Below the pieces are notes generated by a model. The model saw only the letters and a program-made list of their open reading frames with translations, was not told the origin of the DNA and ran no database searches. From Candidatus Harrisonbacteria bacterium (lineage in GTDB: Bacteria > Patescibacteriota > Minisyncoccia > UBA6257 > 1-14-0-10-40-38), in assembly GCA_023245035.1 (NCBI GenBank), contig JAHFLD010000001.1:83285-147284 (forward strand): a stretch of DNA of 64,000 nt, in the 5' to 3' direction. How positions within the stretch are numbered: position 1 is the first letter of the stretch; each line of letters opens with the position of its first letter. Below are positions 48,140 through 57,351 of this stretch, piece after piece. The translations under genes were made by a program, and so were the position numbers.

Positions 48140-49114
48140 ATGAAAACCGCCTTAATTACCGGCATCACCGGTCAGGACGGCTCCTATCTGGCCGAATTCC
48201 TGCTTAAGAAAAAATACCATGTTTTTGGTTTGGAGCGGCGCACTAGCAAGCGTAACCGCGAAAGCATTGAGCATCTTATAGACAAAGTTGAACTGCTTTC
48301 CGGCGATTTATTGGACGCGGAATCAATTACTCGTGCTCTCAAGCAATCAAAACCCGACGAAGTTTATAACTTAGCTTCGCAGTCATTCATTCCAGATTCC
48401 TGGCGGCAACCGGTATACACCGGTGAAGCCACCGGCCTCGGTGTCACTCGAATGCTTGAAGCAGTTCGGGAATTTGATCCAAATATAAAGTTCTATCAGG
48501 CCTCCACTTCGGAAATGTTCGGCAAAGTTCGGGCAACTCCGCAAAACGAAGGTACTCCCTTTCATCCGCGCAGCCCTTACGGCGTGGCTAAACTCTATGG
48601 TCATTGGATAACGATTAATTATCGGGAATCCTATGGTATGTTCGCGGTATCGGGAATTTTATTCAATCACGAATCTCCCCGCCGCGGCTTGGAATTCGTA
48701 ACTCGAAAAATTACCCACACAGCAGCCAAAATTAAGCTGGGATTAGCCAAGGAATTGCGCCTGGGCAACACTAGCGCTGAACGTGATTGGGGCTTTGCCG
48801 GCGACTATGTTGAAGCAATGTGGCTCATGTTGCAACAGGAAAAACCGCAAGATTATGTTATCGCGAGCGGGGAGACGCATTCGGTAGAAGATTTTGTACA
48901 GGCAACATTCAAGTATCTTAAACTCGATCCAAAAAAGTACGTAAAAATTGATAAGAAGTTTTTCCGACCAGCGGAAACGGATTATCTCCGAGGTGATGCC
49001 GGTAAAGCCCGGCGTGAACTCGGCTGGAAACCGAAAGTCGGTTTTGAAAAATTGGTGCAAATGATGGTTGATGCCGATCTCGCGGCTCTCTCTTCTTCAA
49101 AGATATCCAAATAA
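48140..49114 (+). CDS. gmd: GDP-mannose 4,6-dehydratase
   Basis: [19 protein letters not shown] with the SDR YxxxK ([10 protein letters not shown]); a full-length match to the GMD family pattern. Confidence 0.9.
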   Translation: MKTALITGITGQDGSYLAEFLLKKKYHVFGLERRTSKRNRESIEHLIDKVELLSGDLLDAESITRALKQSKPDEVYNLASQSFIPDSWRQPVYTGEATGLGVTRMLEAVREFDPNIKFYQASTSEMFGKVRATPQNEGTPFHPRSPYGVAKLYGHWITINYRESYGMFAVSGILFNHESPRRGLEFVTRKITHTAAKIKLGLAKELRLGNTSAERDWGFAGDYVEAMWLMLQQEKPQDYVIASGETHSVEDFVQATFKYLKLDPKKYVKIDKKFFRPAETDYLRGDAGKARRELGWKPKVGFEKLVQMMVDADLAALSSSKISK

Positions 49115-49119
49115 TAAAT

Positions 49120-50454
49120 ATGAAAAAAGCAATGGTCTCAAAAAATAATCCTGAATTGTGTCGAGCGGTTAATAATTGTCGTTCCTGTGGCTTTGCTCCA
49201 CTTGTCGATATTTTGTCGTTGGGGGATCAATACGTGTCTAATTTTATTGAGAGCCATGACAAGCTAAAAGACGAAAAAAAATATCCTTTAGAACTGGTGC
49301 TTTGCGATGTTAGTGTCGGAGGGTGTGGACTCTTGCAACTTCGCCACACAGTTTCCCCGGAGAAAATGTATAGAACTTACTGGTATTTTTCGGGGATGAA
49401 CAAAACCATGACCGATGAACTCGCTAACATCGCGCAAACCGCGGAAAAAATCACTAATCCAAAAAAGGGGGATATTGTTGTTGATATTGGCTGCAACGAC
49501 GGAACGCTACTCAAATCATATCAAACGCCGGGCTTGGTGCGCGTTGGTTTTGAACCGGCAAAAAATCTGGTACCTCTCGCTAAAAAAATCGCCACCAAAG
49601 TTTTCAATGAATTCTTCGGATCAACGCCTTTCACTAAGGCTTATGGTCGCAAAAAAGCCAAAGTAGTCACCGCTATTGCTATGTTTTACGACTTAGACGA
49701 CCCCAATGCTTTCGTGTCGAGCGTCAAAAAAATTCTGGACCAAAAAGGTATCTTCATAATCCAGATGAACTATCTCGCTTCTATGTTGACTTTGAATGCT
49801 TTTGACAATATCGGTCACGAACACTTGGAATATTATTCCTTGCTCTCATTGGAATATTTGCTGAAACGGCACGCTTTGGAAGTGTTCGATGTAGAACTAA
49901 ATCCGATTAACGGCGGTAGCTTCCGTGTTTATATTCGTCATCAAGGAAGTATGGTCGGCAACGAGCGACAAGGGCGCCAGAAGCGGCGAGCCGAACTTCT
50001 CGCTACAGAAAAAAAGATGGGATTAAACAAGCGCCCAGTTTACGATAAGTTTGTAAAACGAGTTCATGACATTCGCCAAAAAGTTACCTCTTTCATAAAT
50101 TCCGAAACCAAACAGGGTCGGAAAGTTTACATCTATGGCGCCTCCAACCGCGGCAACACCTTACTCCAGTTTTTTGGGTTGGATTCAAAAGTTATCACCG
50201 CCGCCGCCGAACGCAATCCGGTCAAATGGGGAATGAAGACCATTGGTACAAATATTCCCATTATCTCGGAGGCGCAGGCTCGTGAAGAGAAACCTGACCA
50301 CTTTTTGGTTCTCCCCTGGGCTTTTCTCAAAGAATTTATAAATCGGGAAAAAGAATATCTGGCTTCCGGTGGGCGCTTCATTGTTCCCTTGCCGACAATG
50401 AAAATAATCTCGAGCGATGATCTGAAACCGGAATCCAAGACTACTGGCGTTTAG
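49120..50454 (+). CDS. sugar C-methyltransferase-family protein (N-terminal zinc ribbon, SAM MTase domain, C-methyltransferase C-terminal domain)
   Basis: CxxC...CxxC zinc-binding N-terminus (CRAVNNCRSCGF). SAM motif (VVDIGCNDG). Architecture of TylCIII/NovU-type NDP-hexose C-methyltransferases. Confidence 0.75.
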   Translation: MKKAMVSKNNPELCRAVNNCRSCGFAPLVDILSLGDQYVSNFIESHDKLKDEKKYPLELVLCDVSVGGCGLLQLRHTVSPEKMYRTYWYFSGMNKTMTDELANIAQTAEKITNPKKGDIVVDIGCNDGTLLKSYQTPGLVRVGFEPAKNLVPLAKKIATKVFNEFFGSTPFTKAYGRKKAKVVTAIAMFYDLDDPNAFVSSVKKILDQKGIFIIQMNYLASMLTLNAFDNIGHEHLEYYSLLSLEYLLKRHALEVFDVELNPINGGSFRVYIRHQGSMVGNERQGRQKRRAELLATEKKMGLNKRPVYDKFVKRVHDIRQKVTSFINSETKQGRKVYIYGASNRGNTLLQFFGLDSKVITAAAERNPVKWGMKTIGTNIPIISEAQAREEKPDHFLVLPWAFLKEFINREKEYLASGGRFIVPLPTMKIISSDDLKPESKTTGV

Positions 50455-51002
50455 AAAAAATCCGCCTGGAGAAAAATAGTATCGTACAAATCCAATATCG
50501 CCCGGTGCACGCCGGCGCTGATAAGTTCTTGTCGGTCAAAGGCGATCAGTCCTTTGGATGCTTCATATTCTTCCGGATCCAGATGAGAACCCGCTTCCCG
50601 AATCTCTGTCGGTGTAAGCTTGATCGTAAAATTATAAGCCAAGTGATCCGTGGCGTGATTTTGTGGCGCCTCCTTCCGATCGCGAAAAAAATATCGATGC
50701 ATCGAAACAAAGCCAAATCGCTCGTCGGGAATCTTGAGAGAAGTTTCTCGGGCAAAACATCGCGCCGCCGCCGCCTTTTCGTTTTCCCCAACAAACATCC
50801 GGCCGCCAATCAGCCATAAGCCACTACAGGGTTTAACCTTGCGCGTCGCGAGATAAACAATTTTTCGCTCTCGGTCAATCGGGATTATATCTGCGGAAAC
50901 TATAATCAAAGAATCCAGCACACTTGCGTAGGTTTTCTCCGGTAAAAAGATCGGAGTCGAGGGTCTAGCGTCGTCGTCTTTATAAAAACTGGGTTGAAGC
51001 AT
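50451..51002 (-). CDS. NUDIX hydrolase (possibly a GDP-sugar hydrolase of the Gmm/NudD type)
   Basis: Nudix box (GGRMFVGENEKAAAARCFARETSL). About 180 aa, next to gmd. Confidence 0.6.
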   Translation of the reverse strand: MLQPSFYKDDDARPSTPIFLPEKTYASVLDSLIIVSADIIPIDRERKIVYLATRKVKPCSGLWLIGGRMFVGENEKAAAARCFARETSLKIPDERFGFVSMHRYFFRDRKEAPQNHATDHLAYNFTIKLTPTEIREAGSHLDPEEYEASKGLIAFDRQELISAGVHRAILDLYDTIFLQADFF

Positions 51003-51049
51003 AAAAATTATGTTACTTTATCTCCCGAGCAGATGTTTATCATAATAAC

Positions 51050-51574
51050 ATGGCTCATTTATCAGCCTACAAATTCTGCTCCGTCTGCGCTGGAAATCTC
51101 CGCGAAAAAAACGGCCACCTCGCCTGCGCCAAGTGTCCTTTCGTGAATTATCAAAACCCGCGACCCACCGTCAGTGGCCTCATTATGCATGGGGATAAAA
51201 TTCTCTTCACCCGCCGCGGCCGAGACCCCTACAAGGGTTGGTGGGACTTTCCCGGCGGCTTTATGGATTGGGGGGAGCACCCGGAAGAAACCCTGCGCCG
51301 CGAAATTAAAGAAGAAACCGGTTTAGATATTGCCGTTAAGCGCATCGTCGGAATCTATCCCGGATACTATCCGGCCAAGTTCGATCCGGTACACATTTTA
51401 AGCATCGCCTACTACGCCGTTGCCAAGACCGACAAGGTTGTTCCCGCCGACGACGCCGAAGAGGGGAGGTGGTTCCCGCTCACGAAGCTCCCTAAAAAAA
51501 TCGCCTTCAACAACCACGCTCGCATCCTCTCCGATTTCAAAAAGGTCTTGTGGTCGGCACCCGACATAGCTTGA
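51050..51574 (+). CDS. NUDIX hydrolase with an N-terminal zinc ribbon
   Basis: CxxC...CxxC (CSVCAGNL...CAKCPF). Nudix box (PGGFMDWGEHPEETLRREIKEETGL). Confidence 0.75.
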   Translation: MAHLSAYKFCSVCAGNLREKNGHLACAKCPFVNYQNPRPTVSGLIMHGDKILFTRRGRDPYKGWWDFPGGFMDWGEHPEETLRREIKEETGLDIAVKRIVGIYPGYYPAKFDPVHILSIAYYAVAKTDKVVPADDAEEGRWFPLTKLPKKIAFNNHARILSDFKKVLWSAPDIA

Positions 51575-51825
51575 CGTAAAAACAAATTTGCGGCAAACTA
51601 AGGCCGTTCTTTGAAATCGTGAAAAATCAACTCTTCCAGAAAGGAGTCTGGTATGCGCGCCATAAAAATCACAGTCTGTATCTTGGTAACGCCTTGTCTT
51701 GTCCTGTTGGATTTTGTGAATGTGATGAAAGAAACCACAAGTGGGGCATTTGTTGGGCCTGCCGGCCTAATTCTTCCGCGTTTTTGGTTGTGGGCCATAA
51801 CCAAAAAAAGGAGTAACATCAAACC

Positions 51826-52626
51826 ATGTCCCAACTCATAAAAGAACTGCCCTGGGATTCCAACCACTTCAAGGTGAAAATTGGTCGGTACCTGCCGACC
51901 ACCATCGCCGACCCCGATCAAGAAAAGAGCTTTCGCCAAGAGTTCTTTGCAGGAAAGTTTGACTGCGTCTATGCGATGCTCGACGCAAGCGATGTACACT
52001 CGCGCGAAGCAGCCGCTCGAAATCAGTTTTTCTTGGGCGACATCCGAATGAGCTACGCACTCACGAAGAAAGATTGGTTCCCGAAAGAACCGCAAAGGCG
52101 GCAAGGAACGATTCCCGCGGAAATTCGCTTCTTGAATCCGGATAACGCGGAGCAGGTGGCGCAAGTCAAGGTATTGTCCCGCGATCTTTCGGTTGTCAGT
52201 CGTTTTCATTTCGATGAGCGCTTTCGCCCCTATGTCGCCGATATGTACGAGATTTGGGCGGGCAACTTCATTAAGCCCAAGACCCCAACCGATCTTCCGG
52301 TCAAAACCGTCATCGCCCTTAAAAATGGCTGGGTGGCTGGTTTTATCGGCAACAAGATTGTTGAAGAAGAAAAAGACGGGCAAAAAGTTCGTCACGGCGA
52401 GGTAGTGCTCGTGGCCACCCATTCCGATTTTCGTGGCCAAGGCTTCGGTCGCGCGATGAGTGAAAAGAGTATTGACTGGTGCTTTGAACAGGGTGCCGAG
52501 TTCGTCACCGTTGATACGCAGGGCAACAACTACCAAGCCTCACGCCTCTACGAGAGTGTTGGCTTTCGTCTGCAGGACATGAAGCTGATCTACCACGTCT
52601 GGAAGCAATACGGCTTCAACAAGTAG
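51826..52626 (+). CDS. two-domain GNAT-family N-acyltransferase (WecD-like architecture)
   Basis: C-terminal acetyl-CoA-binding GNAT motif (HSDFRGQGFGRAMSE ... NYQASRLYESVGFR). AAGGAG upstream. A strong terminator follows. The 312-aa minus-strand ORF overlapping it is rejected. Confidence 0.7.
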   Translation: MSQLIKELPWDSNHFKVKIGRYLPTTIADPDQEKSFRQEFFAGKFDCVYAMLDASDVHSREAAARNQFFLGDIRMSYALTKKDWFPKEPQRRQGTIPAEIRFLNPDNAEQVAQVKVLSRDLSVVSRFHFDERFRPYVADMYEIWAGNFIKPKTPTDLPVKTVIALKNGWVAGFIGNKIVEEEKDGQKVRHGEVVLVATHSDFRGQGFGRAMSEKSIDWCFEQGAEFVTVDTQGNNYQASRLYESVGFRLQDMKLIYHVWKQYGFNK

Positions 52627-52633
52627 GCACGCA

Positions 52634-52662
52634 AGACCACCCAAAAAGGTGGTCTTTTTTTT
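52634..52662 (+). terminator. rho-independent terminator
   Basis: agaccacc caaaaa ggtggtct followed by ttttttt, immediately after the GNAT gene stop. Confidence 0.7.
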
Positions 52663-52700
52663 GCTTTCGGCATAGAATTGCCAGTATTCAAAACCAAGTT

Positions 52701-53843
52701 ATGGCAAACCCAAACCAGCGTCTCAAACTGCTCCTCTTGACCAACGACCTTGGCGTCGGCGGCGTTCAGCGCTTGGTGATTGATTTTGCCGCCATGCTTG
52801 ACCATCAGGTTTTTGACATTCATGTTGCCACCCTCCTCGACACCAAAGACGGCGATTTTTATCGGAGCGAACTTAGACCAGAGACTCCCTATCGCGCCTT
52901 CAAAATGAAAAGTCCCTGGCAGATAGCCCAGTGGTTCAAGGTCTATCGTTATCTCAAACGCGAAAAATTCGACATAGTTTTTAGCCAGCTCTTTGTTGCG
53001 GACACCATCGGTCGTATTGCTTCCAAGCTCGCCGGTGTTCCGCTTATCGTTACCGAAATTCAAAACATTATTCCGACTCTGCCCAAGTGGTACACCTGGA
53101 TTGATCACCAGCTTTCCAAAATTACCGATGTCTGTATTTCCACCACTCAAGCCGTAACCGATTACGGCGTTAATGTTGTCGGCTTTCCGCGAGAAAAAAT
53201 CGTCCTCGTGCCGACTAACGCCGTTGATCATCGCCGCTTTCTAAACCCGCCCGATCCGCAAAAATTTCGGCATGAGTTTGGTCTGCCAAGCGACGCCAAA
53301 ATCATCGTCAACATCGGTCGGATGGTGGAGCAAAAAGGCCAGATCTTTCTGATTCGCGCCATGAAAGAAGTTATTGAACGCGAACCCAAGGCCTACGCGC
53401 TCGTTGTCGGCTCCGGTGGTTTGGAAGAGAACTTGAAGGCCGAAGCCGAAAAACTAAATCTCGGCGATCACCTAAAATTCCTCGGCACGCGCAAAGACAC
53501 CCCGCATCTTTTGATGGGTAGCGATGTCTTCGCTTTTCCTTCTATCTACGAGGGTCAGGGATTAATTCTCTTTGAATCTTTTTTTTCCAAAATTCCCATC
53601 GTGGCCTCGGACACCGGCGGCATTCCCGATGTCATCAAGCACGAAGAAACCGGCTTGCTCTCGCCCCCCGGAGACGAGCACGCTCTAGCAAAAAACATTT
53701 TGCGGGTGCTAAATGATCCCACGCTCGGCAAAAAAATGGCAGCAGAGGCCTATCGGAGATATCAAGACAGAACTCTGGAGCAATCAATGAAAAAACTTGG
53801 TCAGGTGCTAATTGAAGCCTTTCGGCAAAAAACTCGCGTTTAA
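52701..53843 (+). CDS. glycosyltransferase family 4 (GT-B)
   Basis: LLLLTNDLGVGGVQRLVIDFA and YEGQGLILFESFFSKIPIVASDTGGIPDVIKHEETGLL. Confidence 0.8.
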   Translation: MANPNQRLKLLLLTNDLGVGGVQRLVIDFAAMLDHQVFDIHVATLLDTKDGDFYRSELRPETPYRAFKMKSPWQIAQWFKVYRYLKREKFDIVFSQLFVADTIGRIASKLAGVPLIVTEIQNIIPTLPKWYTWIDHQLSKITDVCISTTQAVTDYGVNVVGFPREKIVLVPTNAVDHRRFLNPPDPQKFRHEFGLPSDAKIIVNIGRMVEQKGQIFLIRAMKEVIEREPKAYALVVGSGGLEENLKAEAEKLNLGDHLKFLGTRKDTPHLLMGSDVFAFPSIYEGQGLILFESFFSKIPIVASDTGGIPDVIKHEETGLLSPPGDEHALAKNILRVLNDPTLGKKMAAEAYRRYQDRTLEQSMKKLGQVLIEAFRQKTRV

Positions 53844-53896
53844 GAACTCTTTGGAGGCGGAAACCAGCCACCACCGCCCCTGGTTGTAAGTAGGTC

Positions 53897-55093
53897 ATGA
53901 AAAAAGATATCGGCCTAAAACCAGCCAAAAAGTTCATCGTCTTCGGCAAACCGTCTATCGGCCAAGATGAGATTCGCGCCGTAACCGAAGTCTTGAAATC
54001 CGGCTGGATCGGCACCGGCCCCAAAGTTAAAGAGTTTGAAGTGGAATTCGCGAAATATGTTGGTGCCAAACACGCGGTCGCGGTCAGTCATTGCACCGGC
54101 GGACTCCACATCGCGCTCGAAGCGGTTGGCGTCGGCCCGGGCGACGAAGTCATCGCGCCCTCGCTAACTTTTGCCGCCACTATCAATGCCATTGAATACG
54201 CCGGAGCTACGCCGGTCTTGGTTGATGTTGATCCAAAAACGCACAACCTTGACCCGAAAGCGATTGAGCGCGCCATTACCAAAAAGACCAAGGCCATTAT
54301 GCCGGTCCACTTTGGCGGCTTGGCCTGCGACCTAAAGGCGATTTTTGCGCTCGCCAAGAAACACAACTTATTCGTGATTGAAGACGCGGCTCACGCCATG
54401 GGTACCGTTTACCAGGGCACGCGCATCGGCGGCTTCAAAAACTCCCTCGCCGTTTTTAGTTTTTATCCCAACAAAAATCTGACCTCAATCGAAGGGGGAA
54501 TGATTACGACTAATTCCAAAAAACTCGCCCGCAAGCTGGAGGTTTTGAGTTTGCATGGCATGGATAACGAGGCCTGGAAACGCTACAAGAGCGGCACCAA
54601 GTTGATTCTCTACGAAGTCGTAAGCCGCGGTTACAAATACAACATGACCGATATTCAGGCGGCGGTTGGCTTGGTTCAGCTCAAAAAATTTGACGCCATG
54701 CAAAAGAAGCGGGAAGAATACGCCAAAGTTTACGAGAAGTATTTTGGCAACCTCCAAGGCATCTCACTTCAGGAAAAACCCAACGACCAGAAAAACAAGC
54801 ACGCGCTTCACCTCTATACATTGGTTATGGATTTGCCCAAATTCAAAATAGACCGCAATGAGATGGTCTCACTCATCAAATCGCACAACATCGGCGCCGC
54901 GATTCACTACAAGGGCATTCATCTTCATTCCCACTTTAAGCGAACCCTAAAGCATGATCCGGCGACACTCCCGCATACCACTCGCATTTCCGAAAGTATC
55001 TTTTCTTTGCCGCTCACGCCCGTCATGTCGCTCTCCGATGCGCACTATATTGGCAAAACCGTCCGCGCCCTCGTTGAAGCCAATTATGTCTAA
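53897..55093 (+). CDS. DegT/DnrJ/EryC1/StrS-family PLP-dependent sugar aminotransferase (ArnB/perosamine-synthase-like)
   Basis: Family N-terminus (FGKPSIGQDEIRAVTEVLKSGWIG) and the PLP-lysine region (SFYPNKNLTSIEGGMITT). Confidence 0.9.
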   Translation: MKKDIGLKPAKKFIVFGKPSIGQDEIRAVTEVLKSGWIGTGPKVKEFEVEFAKYVGAKHAVAVSHCTGGLHIALEAVGVGPGDEVIAPSLTFAATINAIEYAGATPVLVDVDPKTHNLDPKAIERAITKKTKAIMPVHFGGLACDLKAIFALAKKHNLFVIEDAAHAMGTVYQGTRIGGFKNSLAVFSFYPNKNLTSIEGGMITTNSKKLARKLEVLSLHGMDNEAWKRYKSGTKLILYEVVSRGYKYNMTDIQAAVGLVQLKKFDAMQKKREEYAKVYEKYFGNLQGISLQEKPNDQKNKHALHLYTLVMDLPKFKIDRNEMVSLIKSHNIGAAIHYKGIHLHSHFKRTLKHDPATLPHTTRISESIFSLPLTPVMSLSDAHYIGKTVRALVEANYV

Positions 55094-56261
55094 AATCAGA
55101 GTAGGAATTTTTGCTGATGACCTGGCTCGTTCCGCCATGGGCACCGCGCTTGTCTTGCGACGCTTACTCGGTGAATTTCAGAAAAGCCATACGCCCGAAA
55201 TCGATGTTGTCTTGATTCATAAATCCGAAACCGAGTTTCCTGTGGAATTTAAAAAGTTTCTCAAAGTCGTAGTCCCCAAAATACACACGGCAAAATTCTC
55301 CGGCTTTTTTTCTTACCTTAGATTCTTTGTCACTACCCGAGAACGCTTCGACATTATCCACATTCCCCGTCCCGCGCTCCATCCATTTTTTTGGCTGTTA
55401 AAATTATTGGGAAAGACTAAAAAAATTATCGTTACTTTTCATGGCGCGCCAGACGACGATTCGATTCCCATCTTCGAAACTGCCTTCACTAAATTTAATC
55501 GCGGATTAATAAAACATTGGGGAAAGTACTGGATTGATTCGGCCATTGCCGACTCCAAAACCGGTCGAGAGCAAATTGTCCGTTACTATAAATTAAGGAG
55601 AGAAAAAACCGAAGTTATCTATCCGGGCGTTGATTCGGTGTATCATTCGCTTAGCGATCAAGAAAGAATTGAAGCGCAAAAAAAACTCCATCATAAGTAC
55701 GGCGTTGCCTCGCCATATGTGCTCTGCGTCAGTCGCCTTGATCCGCATAAAAATGTCCATCGCACGATTGAGGCTTTTGTAAAAGCTAAGGGTGAAGCAA
55801 ATTTTCCGCACGAACTAATAATCGTTGGCTCTAAACATGAGCCAGTTTATTCTCATCTCGTTGAAGAAACCGTTAAACGCCTCCAAGCCGAAAAATTCAT
55901 CAAAATAATTCCCTTCGTCGAAGAAATCGATTTACCGTGCCTGTATGCGGCCTCTGATTTCTTTATTTTTGCTTCGCTCTCCGAAGGCTTCGGCCTCCCT
56001 CTGGTTGAGGCAATGGCTTCGGGAATTCCGGCCATAACTTCAGATCGCTCTTGTTTACCCGAAATCGCCGGGGGTGCGGCCTTGCTCGTTGATCCCTATA
56101 ACATCATAAAGATCGCCGAAACAATCAGGACGCTAGCATCGGTTAGAACAGAAGTCCGCCATGCAATCGCTGAACGTGGCCAGAAGCGTGCTAGCGAATT
56201 CAAATGGGAAACAACCGCCCAAAAAACAGCCAATCTTTACAGGTCAGTCGCGAATACCTAA
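55086..56261 (+). CDS. glycosyltransferase family 4 (GT-B)
   Basis: SEGFGLPLVEAMASGIPAITSDRSCLPEIAGGAALLVDP. Start at the internal ATG; it overlaps the DegT stop by 8 nt. Confidence 0.8.
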   Translation: MSKIRVGIFADDLARSAMGTALVLRRLLGEFQKSHTPEIDVVLIHKSETEFPVEFKKFLKVVVPKIHTAKFSGFFSYLRFFVTTRERFDIIHIPRPALHPFFWLLKLLGKTKKIIVTFHGAPDDDSIPIFETAFTKFNRGLIKHWGKYWIDSAIADSKTGREQIVRYYKLRREKTEVIYPGVDSVYHSLSDQERIEAQKKLHHKYGVASPYVLCVSRLDPHKNVHRTIEAFVKAKGEANFPHELIIVGSKHEPVYSHLVEETVKRLQAEKFIKIIPFVEEIDLPCLYAASDFFIFASLSEGFGLPLVEAMASGIPAITSDRSCLPEIAGGAALLVDPYNIIKIAETIRTLASVRTEVRHAIAERGQKRASEFKWETTAQKTANLYRSVANT

Positions 56262-56279
56262 ACTACCCCTACCAAATCC

Positions 56280-57350
56280 ATGATTAACCCCGCGAAAAAA
56301 CTAAAAGGCAAGACCGTTCTAGTTACCGGTGGCGCCGGTTTTATCGGCTCTCACTTAATAGATCGCCTCTTAAGCTATGGCGCGCGAGTCATTTGCTTTG
56401 ACGATCTATCAACTGGCCGCCAAGAATACATTGACTCAAAAAAAGATGACCGAAATTTTATCTTTATCAAAGGCGATGCCAATGAAATGAAGGATATTAA
56501 AAAAGCCTTTAGCCATGGTCCGGTTGATTATGTTTTTCACTACGCCGCTCTGGTGGGGGTTCAGCGGACCATTGAAGAACCACTAAAAGTTTTGAAAGAT
56601 ATTGACGGCATCAAGCACATCTTGGAACTCGCGCTTCAGCACAAGATTAAAAAAATCGCCTACGCCTCTTCTTCCGAAATATATGGCAACCAAGAAAAGA
56701 TGCCTCTGCACGAGGAAAATTCCTATTACGACATCAAAATGCCCTACGCGCTGGTTAAGTCAGCCGGGGAGAATTTTTTCCGGAGCCACTGGGAATTATC
56801 TGGGGTGCCGGTTGTTATCTACCGCTTCTTCAACGCTTATGGTCCGCGACAAGCAAGCTCAATGTATGGCTTTGTGACCGGGGTATTTATTTCCCAGGTT
56901 TTGCAGAATATACCACCGACCATTTTTTACGACGGCAAACAAACCAGGGATTTCATGTATATCGATGACAACATCGAGGCCTCGATTCAAGGACTTTTAA
57001 ATGACAAGACCACCGGAGAAACAATCAATCTTGGCACCGGCCGGGAAACTACCATTCTTGAGCTAGCCAACAAAATCATCAAAATCTCCGGAAAGAAGCT
57101 TAAGCCATCCTTGTTAAACAAAAGAAATTTAATAGAAATCAAACGGCGAGTAGCAGACACCGCGAAAATGAAAAAAATAATTGGTTACAGACCGCGCGTT
57201 TCCTTGGAAGACGGCCTCCGACGAACTTATGATTGGTACGCCAACAATCCACAATTCATCGCGCAAGGGGAGCGGACGACTTACGCCTGGCGAAAGAAAA
57301 ATGTCTGGGCACCGATTAAAAAATCAAGCAAAACCAAGAAGAAGTCCTAA
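56280..57350 (+). CDS. NAD-dependent epimerase/dehydratase (extended SDR; UDP-glucuronate decarboxylase / UDP-sugar 4-epimerase-like)
   Basis: VLVTGGAGFIGSHLIDRLL, YxxxK (YALVK). Length 356 aa. Confidence 0.85.
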   Translation: MINPAKKLKGKTVLVTGGAGFIGSHLIDRLLSYGARVICFDDLSTGRQEYIDSKKDDRNFIFIKGDANEMKDIKKAFSHGPVDYVFHYAALVGVQRTIEEPLKVLKDIDGIKHILELALQHKIKKIAYASSSEIYGNQEKMPLHEENSYYDIKMPYALVKSAGENFFRSHWELSGVPVVIYRFFNAYGPRQASSMYGFVTGVFISQVLQNIPPTIFYDGKQTRDFMYIDDNIEASIQGLLNDKTTGETINLGTGRETTILELANKIIKISGKKLKPSLLNKRNLIEIKRRVADTAKMKKIIGYRPRVSLEDGLRRTYDWYANNPQFIAQGERTTYAWRKKNVWAPIKKSSKTKKKS

Positions 57351-57351
57351 A

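Noticed and set aside
51653-51841. 62-aa hydrophobic small ORF with an AGGAG 7 nt upstream, in the leader of the GNAT gene
   Set aside because: Nothing beyond the SD-like match supports it. It could be a leader peptide or a small membrane protein but cannot be judged from sequence alone.
51598-52536. 312-aa ORF on the minus strand overlapping the GNAT gene
   Set aside because: It lies entirely antisense to a plus-strand gene that has a clear GNAT motif, an SD and a strong terminator. It has no recognisable motifs and an odd composition.
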